A DNA stretch of 43,685 bases from Paraglaciecola sp. (GTDB taxonomy: Bacteria; Pseudomonadota; Gammaproteobacteria; Enterobacterales; Alteromonadaceae). The stretch covers positions 1-43,685 of the forward strand of contig JAWUXT010000147.1 in the NCBI GenBank assembly GCA_034111205.1, read 5' to 3'. Numbering within the stretch: position 1 is the first letter of the stretch; each line of letters starts with the position of its first letter. Shown here in pieces: positions 28,859 through 38,797 of this stretch. The notes beneath the pieces are model-generated. The model searched no databases. It was not told the DNA's origin and saw only the letters and a list, made by a program, of their open reading frames with translations. The translations under genes and the position numbers were made by a program.

Positions 28859-30533
28859 GAAATTACTAATTTTGAGCATAACCTTGGCTATATGTTCATG
28901 CCAAAGTCCGCAAAAAACTAAAGCAGTGGCTCACTCCTTAGATTCTGCTATTGCCGAATATGAAAACGAAGACAAAAAAAATAGTCAACCTTTGGTAGAT
29001 AATCAATCCCAGGTAGGCAGGCCTTTACAAATTGTCCCTGACGAAATCAACCAAGCCCTGTTACCCAATCCAAGCGATACTTTCAGCCAACTCTTCGGTG
29101 AATCAAAATATGATATTAATGCACAAAAAGTAGATGCGGCTGCATTTTTTAGTAGCATAGTCAAAGGCACACCATACAGTGTTGCTATCCATCCTGAAGT
29201 GACGGGGGAAATATCTTTAGACTTAAAACAGGTGTTACTTGCAGATGTGTTCGATTTAGTAGCTGAACTTTACGGTTATGAAATTCAACGGAAACAAAAC
29301 ATCTATCGTATTTTTCCTGCTGGCATGCGCACTGAAACCTTCGCAATTAATTATCTGCTAATGAAACGAGATGGCTCAACGCAAACAAGCATCACTTCAG
29401 GTGGTGTTTCACAAGAGTCTGGAAACAACATCAGTGGCAATAATTCTCAAAATGGCTTCAGTGGTAATTCTAGTAATTCGGGTGGCAGCAATAACATAGG
29501 TTCAGGGAGTAATAGCAACGGTACGAGTATCTCCACTCGCACCGAAACAGACTTTTGGGCTGAACTGCTAGCAACGTTAGAATCTATGCTTGGCAAAGGA
29601 GAAGGCAAAAGCGTGATGGTCACGCCTCAAGCTGGTTTGGTAACCGTGCGTGCAATGCCTAAAGAAATTAGGGCCGTTAAAGCCTTTTTAGATATATCTG
29701 AAGAAATCATTCAAAGACAAGTGATTCTCGAGGCCAGAATTATAGAAGTAGCACTTGATGATGGTTATCAACAAGGTATCAATTGGGGGCAAATTCTAGC
29801 TAACAGTGGTTCAACTGATTTTCAATTCTCTAACTCAGCGGGCACAATTGGCAATAGTATTAGTGCCGCATTAGGTAACGTCACTAGCTTATCGTTTATC
29901 AATAAAGACTTTTCTGGGGTATTGTCGTTACTCTCTACCCAAGGCAATGTTCAAGTGTTATCTAGCCCACGAGTAACCGCGATAAATAATCAAAAAGCGG
30001 TGATTAAAGTGGGAGATGATGAATATTTTGTTACCGATGTGTCTAGCCAAAGTACTATATCTAGCAGTACCACTTCTGTAGTGCCCAATATTGAGTTGAC
30101 TCCTTTCTTTTCAGGCATTGCTTTAGATGTGACACCACAGATAGATGCAGACGGTATGGTATTATTGCATGTGCACCCTTCGGTAATTGAAACCCAAGAA
30201 CAAGAAAAAATCGTTACCTTAAATCAAGAACAATTTGTACTGCCTCTTGCTCAAAGTAATATTCGCGAGTCTGATACTGTCATTAGAGCTAAATCCGGTG
30301 AGATAGTGGTGATTGGTGGATTAATGCAAACTATTATTTCTGAATCTGAATCAAAGACACCTTTACTTGGTGATATTCCAATTTTAGGTAACCTGTTTAA
30401 AAATAAACGAAACAGTGAAATCAAAAAAGAATTGGTGATTTTAATCAAACCAACTGTGGTGGGTAAAGACACTTGGAGACAGGAATTAAAACGTAGCAGA
30501 GATCAAATGGCAGATTGGCTGCACGTGGACTAA
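28848..30533 (+). CDS. mshL: MSHA secretin MshL
   Basis: Lipobox-like AICSC, S/N/G-rich loop, QVILEARIIEV, LSSPR, NNQKAVIKVG and PLLGDIP. Start placed at ATG 28848. Confidence 0.95.
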   Translation: MVFKKLLILSITLAICSCQSPQKTKAVAHSLDSAIAEYENEDKKNSQPLVDNQSQVGRPLQIVPDEINQALLPNPSDTFSQLFGESKYDINAQKVDAAAFFSSIVKGTPYSVAIHPEVTGEISLDLKQVLLADVFDLVAELYGYEIQRKQNIYRIFPAGMRTETFAINYLLMKRDGSTQTSITSGGVSQESGNNISGNNSQNGFSGNSSNSGGSNNIGSGSNSNGTSISTRTETDFWAELLATLESMLGKGEGKSVMVTPQAGLVTVRAMPKEIRAVKAFLDISEEIIQRQVILEARIIEVALDDGYQQGINWGQILANSGSTDFQFSNSAGTIGNSISAALGNVTSLSFINKDFSGVLSLLSTQGNVQVLSSPRVTAINNQKAVIKVGDDEYFVTDVSSQSTISSSTTSVVPNIELTPFFSGIALDVTPQIDADGMVLLHVHPSVIETQEQEKIVTLNQEQFVLPLAQSNIRESDTVIRAKSGEIVVIGGLMQTIISESESKTPLLGDIPILGNLFKNKRNSEIKKELVILIKPTVVGKDTWRQELKRSRDQMADWLHVD

Positions 30534-30536
30534 ATC

Positions 30537-31445
30537 ATGTATCTACAGCACTACGGTATTAAAGAATTACCTTTCACATTAACACCTAACACCAGTTATT
30601 TTTTTGGCCTGCCCAGCCATAAAGAAGCCATTCAAGTTTTATTGACTGCACTCAAAACCGGTGAAGGTTTTATTAAAGTCACCGGTGAGGTGGGCACAGG
30701 TAAAACCTTAATTTGTCGTAAATTGTTAAACGAATTACCCCCACACTTTGTCACCGCTTATATACCTAATCCATATTTAAACCCATGGGGACTGCGTCGA
30801 GCAGTAGCGAGTGAGTTAAACGTGGAGTTAACAGATCATTCAGATCAACAGGAATTTACACAGCGTATTCAACAGCGCCTGATACATATCCACCAAGAAA
30901 ACAAAAGGGTCGTGCTCATCATTGATGAAGCACAAGCGCTACCCGTAGAAAGTATTGAAGCACTTAGGTTGATTACTAATTTAGAAACCGAATCACGTAA
31001 ACTGTTACAAGTGGTATTGTTTGGCCAGCCAGAATTAAACGATAAGCTGTCTTTGCCTGAATTAAGACAATTAAAACAAAGAGTGACATTTTCCTATACT
31101 CTGCAATTGATGGATGCTGATCAGGTGTATCAATATGTAAAACATAGAATGAATGTAGCGGGGTATCGTGGAGGAGATTTATTCAACCGGAAATGTTGCT
31201 CTTTACTTTTTAAGGCCAGTAAAGGCACTCCACGAATAGTAAATGTGTTATGCCACAAAGCTTTAATGCTAGCCTATGGCGAAGGCTTGCAAAAAATCAC
31301 TTCATCACATGTGAAACTAGCCATAAAAGATACCGAAGCCGCTACTCAAACTACCAACACTTTACTCATATCAAGTGTCGCTGTTTTAATTGTTATGTTA
31401 GCTTTAAGTTTTGCTTATTTTAGCTGGTTGGGGTTTTCTTTATGA
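30537..31445 (+). CDS. mshM: ExeA-family ATPase MshM
   Basis: PFTLTPNT, GEVGTGKT, IIDEAQ and LLQVVLFGQPEL. Confidence 0.93.
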   Translation: MYLQHYGIKELPFTLTPNTSYFFGLPSHKEAIQVLLTALKTGEGFIKVTGEVGTGKTLICRKLLNELPPHFVTAYIPNPYLNPWGLRRAVASELNVELTDHSDQQEFTQRIQQRLIHIHQENKRVVLIIDEAQALPVESIEALRLITNLETESRKLLQVVLFGQPELNDKLSLPELRQLKQRVTFSYTLQLMDADQVYQYVKHRMNVAGYRGGDLFNRKCCSLLFKASKGTPRIVNVLCHKALMLAYGEGLQKITSSHVKLAIKDTEAATQTTNTLLISSVAVLIVMLALSFAYFSWLGFSL

Positions 31446-32572
31446 GTGTAGTGAACAAAATGCTCAGGGATTTAGAAGCACGTCAGTATCAAACTGACGA
31501 GATAAATGCTGATTACCATGCACCCCAAAAAAAACCATCAAAGCTAATCATTTTAGTACTCTTAATATTGTCTATTGCAGCTATCATTTTTGCCTTAACA
31601 GATAAAAGACAGATGTTTGGTGTAGGTAAGAGTACTGACGTTACTGCCACTGTAAATAAGCAACCTTTGTCTCCTACATCACCCATAAAAAAAATGGCAA
31701 TTCTCACAGAAACGCACCAAGGAAAAGGCCCAGTTCAGCCACAAATTGTGGCAACGCAACCTTCCAAAGATACGAATGTATTGGCTATAGCGGATACAGG
31801 CGTTACCTTAATAATGAAGGTTGCAGCTGACGAAAAACTATTGCCAAATCAACTTGAATTGGCCACAGAAACGCCCCTTTCTTTACAAAATATAAACAGC
31901 CCACAGAAACAACTACCCCCCCAAGACAGCAAAGAGCTCAAGATCCAAGAGGCCCCATCAGAAACATCAAGCTTTAGTATGACTGGCAGCAGTCAGGAAA
32001 AGAGTACCAGCAGTTTAAAGCAACGCATTGCCGAGAGCCTCAATAATGCTAATGTCGACTTGGCACAATCCTTATTACAGGAATTATTGGAAACTGAACC
32101 AGATAATATTAAAGCGAGAAAAAAATTAGCGTCATTGCTTTTTGCTCAGGGCAACTACACCCAATCTAGACAGCTACTCATTCAAGGTATTGAGTTACAT
32201 CCGACCCAAAGTGATCTGAGATTGATGTTGGCACGATTATATATGGTTAAAAATGAACCTTCACTGGCCATGAATATATTGGCTGAATTTCAGCCTAGCA
32301 GAAACAACCAATCCGAATACTTAGCCTATCGCGCGGCTTTAGCCCAGCAATTAAAGCAGACAAAGCTAGCGAAGAAGGATTATCAAACCCTGACTCACAT
32401 CGAATCTGATAATGCAAAATGGTGGTTGGGTTTAGCGATAGCTGAAGATCAATTGGGTGAAATGAATATGGCGATAAAGTCCTACAATAAGGCAAGCTCA
32501 CTTGGCCAATTACAAGGTTCAGTAAACGAATTTATTCAACAACGTATGACAGTATTAGCGGGAACACCATGA
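31442..32572 (+). CDS. mshN: TPR-containing MshN
   Basis: MSVVNKMLRDLE, TM segment, low-complexity linker and C-terminal TPRs (KWWLGLAIA). Confidence 0.88.
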   Translation: MSVVNKMLRDLEARQYQTDEINADYHAPQKKPSKLIILVLLILSIAAIIFALTDKRQMFGVGKSTDVTATVNKQPLSPTSPIKKMAILTETHQGKGPVQPQIVATQPSKDTNVLAIADTGVTLIMKVAADEKLLPNQLELATETPLSLQNINSPQKQLPPQDSKELKIQEAPSETSSFSMTGSSQEKSTSSLKQRIAESLNNANVDLAQSLLQELLETEPDNIKARKKLASLLFAQGNYTQSRQLLIQGIELHPTQSDLRLMLARLYMVKNEPSLAMNILAEFQPSRNNQSEYLAYRAALAQQLKQTKLAKKDYQTLTHIESDNAKWWLGLAIAEDQLGEMNMAIKSYNKASSLGQLQGSVNEFIQQRMTVLAGTP

Positions 32573-34440
32573 AACCTAAAGTCAAAATACGCCTAGGCGA
32601 TTTACTTGTTCAACAAGGTATCATCAGCGAAGAACAGTTAATACGAGCACTTACTGCACAAAAGGAATCAGGCCGAAAACTGGGCTTTATGTTAGTAGAG
32701 CTGGGTCTTGTGACCGAAAACCAGCTGCTGTCGTTTTTGTCACAACACTTAAAAGTACCTTTAGTCGACATCAGTAAACATAATGTGTCGGTAGCCGCAG
32801 TGAATCTGTTACCTGAAGTACAAGCTCGCCGGTACCGAGCTTTGGTACTTGAAGACAATGGTGACAGCTTACTAGTGGCTATGAGCGACCCAGCAGATCT
32901 AGCGGCGCTTGATGTTTTATCTGGATTATTACCCAAACCAATAAATGTCGCTGTAGTTAGCGATACACAACTGATCCTAGCCTATGAAAATTTTTATCGT
33001 CGTACCGAGGAAATTGCTTCTTTTGCCCAAGAGCTGGCTGAAGAATATCAAGATGAAACCGCGTTCGATTTTGACTCTGTCTTAGGAGGCGAGCAAGACA
33101 CAGCCGTAGCTAGGTTATTGCAATCAATATTTGAAGATGCGATTCAAGCCAAAGCCTCAGATATCCATATTGAACCTGACGAAGCCTCGTTACGTATTCG
33201 GATGCGAGTAGACGGCGTTTTACAGGAAAACGTGATCCAAGAAAAAAATATTGCGTCGGCCTTAGTACTTAGGCTCAAATTAATGTCAGGACTGGACATA
33301 TCAGAAAAACGTTTACCCCAAGATGGCCGAACAAGTATGCGTATCGACGGTCATACTGTCGATGTGCGGGTTTCAACTATGCCGATCCAAGCCGGCGAAT
33401 CTGTTGTCATGCGTTTGTTGGATCAATCTGCCGGTATATTGACCCTAGACCAAACCGGTATGCCAAATAATTTATTGACCCGTTTTAGGCGTTTATTACG
33501 TCGTCCACATGGCATGATTTTAGTAACTGGTCCCACAGGCTCTGGTAAAACCACAACCTTGTACGGCGCATTAAGTGAATTAAATAAAGCCGCAACAAAA
33601 ATCATTACTGTTGAAGACCCTGTGGAGTATAGGCTTCCAAGAGTAAACCAGGTACAAACTAATAATAAAATTGGTCTCAGTTTTTCAAAAATATTACGTA
33701 CCACACTGCGCCAAGATCCCGACATTATTATGGTTGGCGAAATGCGCGACCATGAAACCGCTGAGATTGGGTTACGTGGCGCATTGACAGGTCACTTAGT
33801 ACTATCAACTTTGCATACCAACGACGCGATCAGTAGCGCAGTAAGGTTATTGGATATGGGAGCACCCGGTTATTTAGTCGCCAGTTCATTACGTGCAGTA
33901 ATAGCACAAAGGTTAATACGTAAAATATGTGAAAAATGTAGTGAGAATTATCAACTCAATACCGAAGAATTATTATGGATGAACAGCTTAGATAATAATC
34001 TTAACACCATCAAATTTAAGCGTGGGAAAGGTTGTCAAAGCTGTAACAAAACAGGCTATAAAGGGCGAATAGGCGTATTTGAATTGCTTGAAATGACCGA
34101 AAGCATGATGAACGCATTAAAAGTAAACGACACTGTCACCTTTTCTCAAGCAGCTCAACAAAGCCCGGGGTTTATTCCACTGGCCAAGGTAGCGCTGATG
34201 TATGCGAAGATGGGTATAACTTCGGTAGATGAAGTCCTTAAGTTAATTGAAATAGTAGCCGATGAGCGAGCAATCACTCAAACAGATATTAATGACACTA
34301 TTGAAGAAGAGTTAACGCAGTCAGTGATAGCACAAAATACGGATCAAACGCCAAGTGATGCATCACCTAAATCATCTGGCTTTACATTTGAATTAGAGCC
34401 AAAGGATCAACCACCGGGAGGTGACGGTGGCACAGTTTAG
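32569..34440 (+). CDS. mshE: MSHA extension ATPase MshE with MshEN c-di-GMP-binding domain
   Basis: RLGDLLVQQG...LTAQ...RKLG (MshEN), ASDIHIEP, GPTGSGKTTT, LRQDPD, LSTLHTN and Cys pairs. Confidence 0.96.
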   Translation: MKPKVKIRLGDLLVQQGIISEEQLIRALTAQKESGRKLGFMLVELGLVTENQLLSFLSQHLKVPLVDISKHNVSVAAVNLLPEVQARRYRALVLEDNGDSLLVAMSDPADLAALDVLSGLLPKPINVAVVSDTQLILAYENFYRRTEEIASFAQELAEEYQDETAFDFDSVLGGEQDTAVARLLQSIFEDAIQAKASDIHIEPDEASLRIRMRVDGVLQENVIQEKNIASALVLRLKLMSGLDISEKRLPQDGRTSMRIDGHTVDVRVSTMPIQAGESVVMRLLDQSAGILTLDQTGMPNNLLTRFRRLLRRPHGMILVTGPTGSGKTTTLYGALSELNKAATKIITVEDPVEYRLPRVNQVQTNNKIGLSFSKILRTTLRQDPDIIMVGEMRDHETAEIGLRGALTGHLVLSTLHTNDAISSAVRLLDMGAPGYLVASSLRAVIAQRLIRKICEKCSENYQLNTEELLWMNSLDNNLNTIKFKRGKGCQSCNKTGYKGRIGVFELLEMTESMMNALKVNDTVTFSQAAQQSPGFIPLAKVALMYAKMGITSVDEVLKLIEIVADERAITQTDINDTIEEELTQSVIAQNTDQTPSDASPKSSGFTFELEPKDQPPGGDGGTV

Positions 34441-35647
34441 CTATAAAGCCAGAAAATCCGGCGGTGAACTGGCTACAGGAGTACTAGAAGCGCCTGATGC
34501 TTCAACTGTGGCGCAAATTTTAACTGGACGTAGTTTTACCCCGATAGAAATCATCGAAAATAGTCAAGAGCAGGCTAATGAGATTTCACAAACATCGTTT
34601 TTTACACCCAAAATTACACTCGATGACTTAGTGATATTTTCTCGGCAAATGTATTCTTTAGCCAAGTCTGGGATCCCAATTCTACGTGCGGTAAGAGGAT
34701 TAGCTGATACAACAAATTCCAAACGTATGGCTGTGGCTCTGAATGATGTAGCAGATCAACTTGAACGTGGACGCACCTTATCTTCAGCTTTAAATAAACA
34801 TCCCCAAGTATTTGGCCGATTATTTGTCAGCATTGTACATGTTGGTGAAAATACCGGTAAGTTAGATGACGCTTTTTTGCAGTTATCATTTTATTTAGAG
34901 CGCGACCAAGAAACGCGAAAACAAATTAAAACGGCGACGCGTTATCCTATGTTTGTGATGATTGCCATTGTCATCGCTTTTGTGATCATGAATATCGTGG
35001 TCATTCCTATTTTTGCTGATATGTTTTTATCTTTTGGTGCCGAATTGCCGCTGATGACTCGTATATTGCTGGCCACCTCTGACTTTTTCATTACTAAATG
35101 GCCATATTTATTAATGGCCATTGGGCTTACAATCTTCACAATAGTGAGATATCTACGCACCCAAGATGGCCGTTATAAATGGGACAAAATCAAACTAAAT
35201 TTACCTATAGTGGGTAGCATCTTTGAGCGTACTTTATTAGGCCGATTTGCCCGAAGTTTTTCTATGATGTTAGTCTCTGGTGTGCCATTGACCTCAGCGC
35301 TTAATTTAGTGGCAGAGGCAGTCAACAATGCCTTTATGTCCGAGCGTATTTTGAGTATGCGTAAGAATATCGAAAAAGGTGAAAGCTTGTCTAGGGTAGC
35401 CAGTAGCAGTAAATTATTTACTCCCTTAGTTTTACAAATGATCAATGTAGGTGAAGAAACAGGCCGAGTAGACGAATTATTAGCTGAGGTTGCGGAGTTC
35501 TATGAGCGAGAAGTTGATTACGACTTAAAAAGTCTTACTTCAAAAATTGAACCTATCTTAATTAGCATTGTGGCTGGCATGGTATTAATATTGGCTTTAG
35601 GCATTTTCACCCCAATGTGGGATATGATGGGAGCAATTAAGGGCTAA
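34427..35647 (+). CDS. mshG: Inner membrane platform protein MshG (PilC/GspF family)
   Basis: FSRQMYSL, VGENTGKLD, YPMFV, VGEETG and IEPILI. GTG 34427 follows GGAGG. Confidence 0.95.
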   Translation: MAQFSYKARKSGGELATGVLEAPDASTVAQILTGRSFTPIEIIENSQEQANEISQTSFFTPKITLDDLVIFSRQMYSLAKSGIPILRAVRGLADTTNSKRMAVALNDVADQLERGRTLSSALNKHPQVFGRLFVSIVHVGENTGKLDDAFLQLSFYLERDQETRKQIKTATRYPMFVMIAIVIAFVIMNIVVIPIFADMFLSFGAELPLMTRILLATSDFFITKWPYLLMAIGLTIFTIVRYLRTQDGRYKWDKIKLNLPIVGSIFERTLLGRFARSFSMMLVSGVPLTSALNLVAEAVNNAFMSERILSMRKNIEKGESLSRVASSSKLFTPLVLQMINVGEETGRVDELLAEVAEFYEREVDYDLKSLTSKIEPILISIVAGMVLILALGIFTPMWDMMGAIKG

Positions 35648-35651
35648 CATT

Positions 35652-36182
35652 ATGAAAAGAAATCAAGCAGCAGAAGAACGCAATCGGGGCCTATTTATCA
35701 ACATCACTGTAGTAGTGGTATTTGTCAGCTTGATGGTAGGTTTTATCGTGTATTTAAACGATGGTTCCACCAACCTTAGGCGCGTCGCATTAGAAAATTT
35801 GGCGGAGCAATTTTCTACCAGCGTGAGTAATTCACACTGGCAGTGGCAGGGTGAAGGGCGGCCCCAGATCATTATGTTAATCACTTATGCAAATAGATTA
35901 GGGGAAAACAACAACTTAGTAGAGACAGAAAGAAAGCCTATCTTCATGAGTCACCTAGGTTGGCCAAAAGCCGAACCAACCTCGGAGGGTTGTGCAGACA
36001 TATGGAATATGGTGTTAAATATTCCTATGGATATAGATGGCTTTAAGGTTTTTGCTGAATATTATGATGGGCTTAAACTAAGTAACAATGCACTAGACTC
36101 TGTTTGTCGATACCGATTATCCACTGGCCCATATTTCGAATACAGGGTGTTTTCGGGTCAAGTATTAAAGGTAAAACAATGA
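35652..36182 (+). CDS. mshF: MSHA biogenesis protein MshF
   Basis: N-terminal TM segment, HWQWQGEGRP, GWP and CADIW; position between mshG and mshB. Confidence 0.75.
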   Translation: MKRNQAAEERNRGLFINITVVVVFVSLMVGFIVYLNDGSTNLRRVALENLAEQFSTSVSNSHWQWQGEGRPQIIMLITYANRLGENNNLVETERKPIFMSHLGWPKAEPTSEGCADIWNMVLNIPMDIDGFKVFAEYYDGLKLSNNALDSVCRYRLSTGPYFEYRVFSGQVLKVKQ

Positions 36183-36231
36183 CCTCACTTGTTAAAAATA
36201 GCACAAGTAAAAACCTTTTAGGAACAAAACC

Positions 36232-36888
36232 ATGAGCAAAATGAACGGTACAATTGAAAAAAACACGCAACTTAACAGAATACAATGCGCTAACACTAAA
36301 AAGAGCGATTCGGGATTTACCCTGATTGAATTGGTTATTGTAGTAGTTATTTTAGGCTTATTAGCAGCAACTGCTTTACCACGTTTACTTGATGTTACTG
36401 CTGATGCTGAAGATGCAACTGTGGACGGTGTAGCTGGCGGTTATGCTACTGGTGTAGGGTTAGTTCGCGCAAAATGGGAGTTAGAGGGTCGCCCTAAAGA
36501 AAATAACGGTACTAATTTAACGTTTGTTACCATTGAAAGCATCCAGATAGGCATTGATCAAGATACAGGTTATCCCACAGGTCAACTAAATACCGACAGC
36601 AGCAGTGAAGATGACCAAATGAGCACCTTAGATTGCGAGAGTATTTTTAACTTGATCATGCAAAGTGCTCCAACTATATCTTCTGATTGGAACGATCGCC
36701 CATTTGAGGACTTCCGTTATTTTACTAATGTTAGGTCAGGTATAGGCTCGGGCGGCAATGATGTATGTTACTATTACCTTACTCAGACTGTCAAAAATCG
36801 TACTACAGAGCCAACTGATAACTTAGCCGGCAATGGTTTTATCTACGACCCACGGATTGGCCAAGTCATAGTATTTAGTAATAATTAG
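36232..36888 (+). CDS. mshB: Minor pilin MshB
   Basis: G|FTLIELVIVVVILGLLAATALPRL type IV prepilin motif and LVRAKWE. Confidence 0.88.
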   Translation: MSKMNGTIEKNTQLNRIQCANTKKSDSGFTLIELVIVVVILGLLAATALPRLLDVTADAEDATVDGVAGGYATGVGLVRAKWELEGRPKENNGTNLTFVTIESIQIGIDQDTGYPTGQLNTDSSSEDDQMSTLDCESIFNLIMQSAPTISSDWNDRPFEDFRYFTNVRSGIGSGGNDVCYYYLTQTVKNRTTEPTDNLAGNGFIYDPRIGQVIVFSNN

Positions 36889-37098
36889 CAGCTACAGGTT
36901 TTTAGCGACGTACCTCAAGTTAAAGCAAAAAGCAAAAGCGGGTGGTCGGTGGTCGGCTCTCAGCTCAAAAAACATACTCAGGTATGAATAAGGATATCTA
37001 AAATAACGAGTGTCTAAGGGAGTTTTAATTATACAATGTTTCCATTAGATTTAATAAAATCAGGCCCTAGGTCTATAAGCAACCCTTTGAGTATTAAT

Positions 37099-37626
37099 AT
37101 GCAACAACAACAACAACAACAACGTGGCTTTACATTAATCGAATTAATTATAGTGATCGTGATATTAGGTATATTAGCGGTAACCGCTGCACCTAAATTT
37201 ATTGATATTCAGACTGATGCGAAAAGTAGTACAGTAAAGGCAGTCGAGGGAGCTGTGAATTCTGTAAGCTCAATTGTGTATGCTAAATCTTTGATTGCAA
37301 GTCAAACTGCGAGTACAGGCTCAGTGCAGGTTAATGGTGTCACTACTGCTGTAGTCTTTGGGTATTTAGCGGACAGTGTAGATTTAACAACCTTGTTAGA
37401 TATAGGTTCAGACATGCTTCCAGTTTTTGAGTCTGGAACCGGTGGAGCCGGTGCCGCAGGGGTGCCAGGTGATTTAACTTCTGTTATTAGATTTTATGGC
37501 TTTGTCGATACTGCATTTGACTACTCCGATTCACCATTATCTGACACCGGGTGCCTGATTGTGTATACAGAAGCAACAAGCGCCACTTCACCTGCTACAG
37601 TAGAAACCTCAACTGGCGGTTGTTAA
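37099..37626 (+). CDS. mshA: Major pilin MshA (alternative in-frame start at 37036)
   Basis: G|FTLIELIIVIVILGILAVTAAPKFIDIQTDA, VYAKS and a C-terminal Cys pair ending in GC. Confidence 0.9.
   Translation: MQQQQQQQRGFTLIELIIVIVILGILAVTAAPKFIDIQTDAKSSTVKAVEGAVNSVSSIVYAKSLIASQTASTGSVQVNGVTTAVVFGYLADSVDLTTLLDIGSDMLPVFESGTGGAGAAGVPGDLTSVIRFYGFVDTAFDYSDSPLSDTGCLIVYTEATSATSPATVETSTGGC
37102..37122 (+). repeat. (CAA)7 microsatellite encoding poly-Gln in the MshA leader
   Basis: ATG CAA CAA CAA CAA CAA CAA CAA CGT GGC TTT. Confidence 0.95.
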
Positions 37627-37642
37627 TCCCAAGGTTAAAGTG

Positions 37643-37675
37643 TTAGACGTGGGGGGTTAATGCTCCCACGTCTAA
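37643..37675 (+). other. Strong stem-loop after mshA without a U-tract (probable mRNA stabiliser or partial terminator)
   Basis: TTAGACGTGGG (37643-37653) pairs with CCCACGTCTAA (37665-37675), extendable by GG/CT. Confidence 0.75.
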
Positions 37676-37710
37676 ATATGTATGAGTCGTATCATCCGAA
37701 AGTGGGCATT

Positions 37711-38265
37711 ATGTTAAATAGACAAAGTTGCCCATTCAAAAAAAAAGGTTTTACGCTTGTAGAGCTGATAATCGTGATTATCTTGATCAGTATTTTGAGT
37801 GTTACTGTTTTCAGTCGTTTTTCTGGCACCTCAGGTTTCTCGGAATACACTTACCAAGCAAGATTAATATCTGCCCTACGTAATATGCAAACTCGTGCGA
37901 TGCACGACACACGAGATGAATACTGCTTTCAAATCAACTTTGACAGCGCTACCCCAGCCTTTGGTCCACCGACTCTAAGTTATACAACGGGTGCCTCTGT
38001 TGATACCTGTCAAACTAGTATTGATTTTACCAATGCCGAATACCTGACCACCAGCGCTACTGAAATGACAGGTGCTGATGTTAGCCTGTCAACACTATCC
38101 AGTTCAACACCACCCAGTTTTAATTTCATCGCTTTTAATAGCTTGGGGCAACCTGTTGATGCGATTGGGGAGCTCACTTGTAGCACCCAATGTAAAATTA
38201 TCCTAACAGGTGAGTCAGCGGTATCGGTATGTATTGAGTCACAGGGGTATATTCATGCTTGCTAA
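37711..38265 (+). CDS. mshC: Minor pilin MshC
   Basis: G|FTLVELIIVIILISIL, LISALRNMQTRAM, FNSLG and C-terminal CIESQGYIHAC. Confidence 0.88.
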   Translation: MLNRQSCPFKKKGFTLVELIIVIILISILSVTVFSRFSGTSGFSEYTYQARLISALRNMQTRAMHDTRDEYCFQINFDSATPAFGPPTLSYTTGASVDTCQTSIDFTNAEYLTTSATEMTGADVSLSTLSSSTPPSFNFIAFNSLGQPVDAIGELTCSTQCKIILTGESAVSVCIESQGYIHAC

Positions 38266-38797
38266 TAAAGTATCGGGTTTTACCTTGATAGAACTGGTGA
38301 TTGGCATAGTGGTATTTTCTATTGCCTTAGTACTGTTTACATCGTTAATTGTGCCCCAAGCAATACGCAGTGTTGACCCAATATTTCAAGTGCGCGCGAC
38401 GGAGTTAGGCCAATCCCTAATGAATGAAATTACCAGTAAGTCTTTTGATGAAAAGTCTGATCGTACTGGTGGTGCAACCCTTTGTAATGCAACCTGCATT
38501 GGCAGTATCAACTTAGGCCCTGATGACAGTGAAAGTCGCACTACTTTTGATGATGTAGACGATTATCATGGCCTCAATGTGTCTAACGGTAATATAAAAA
38601 ATAGTTTAGATGAAACTACGGTGCTAGATGGCAGCAATTTATATCAAGGGTTTAGTTTACATGTGAGTGTTGTTTATGACGCAGCTATGGATGGCACAGC
38701 AGATACAGTGGTGGGTAACACTAAGCTAATTACCGTGACAGTCACGACTCCCAACGATGAAGATATTATATTTTCATCGTTTCGGAGTAACTACTGA
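38255..38797 (+). CDS. mshD: Minor pilin MshD
   Basis: G|FTLIELVIGIVV, RATELGQSLMNEI, FDDVDDY and C-terminal RSNY. Confidence 0.9.
   Translation: MLANKVSGFTLIELVIGIVVFSIALVLFTSLIVPQAIRSVDPIFQVRATELGQSLMNEITSKSFDEKSDRTGGATLCNATCIGSINLGPDDSESRTTFDDVDDYHGLNVSNGNIKNSLDETTVLDGSNLYQGFSLHVSVVYDAAMDGTADTVVGNTKLITVTVTTPNDEDIIFSSFRSNY

Noticed and set aside
37738-37746. A9 tract in the mshC leader (also A8 in mshN and A9 at the REC gene start) as phase-variation sites
   Set aside because: All are in frame, and such runs are common in AT-rich genomes; no evidence of slippage.
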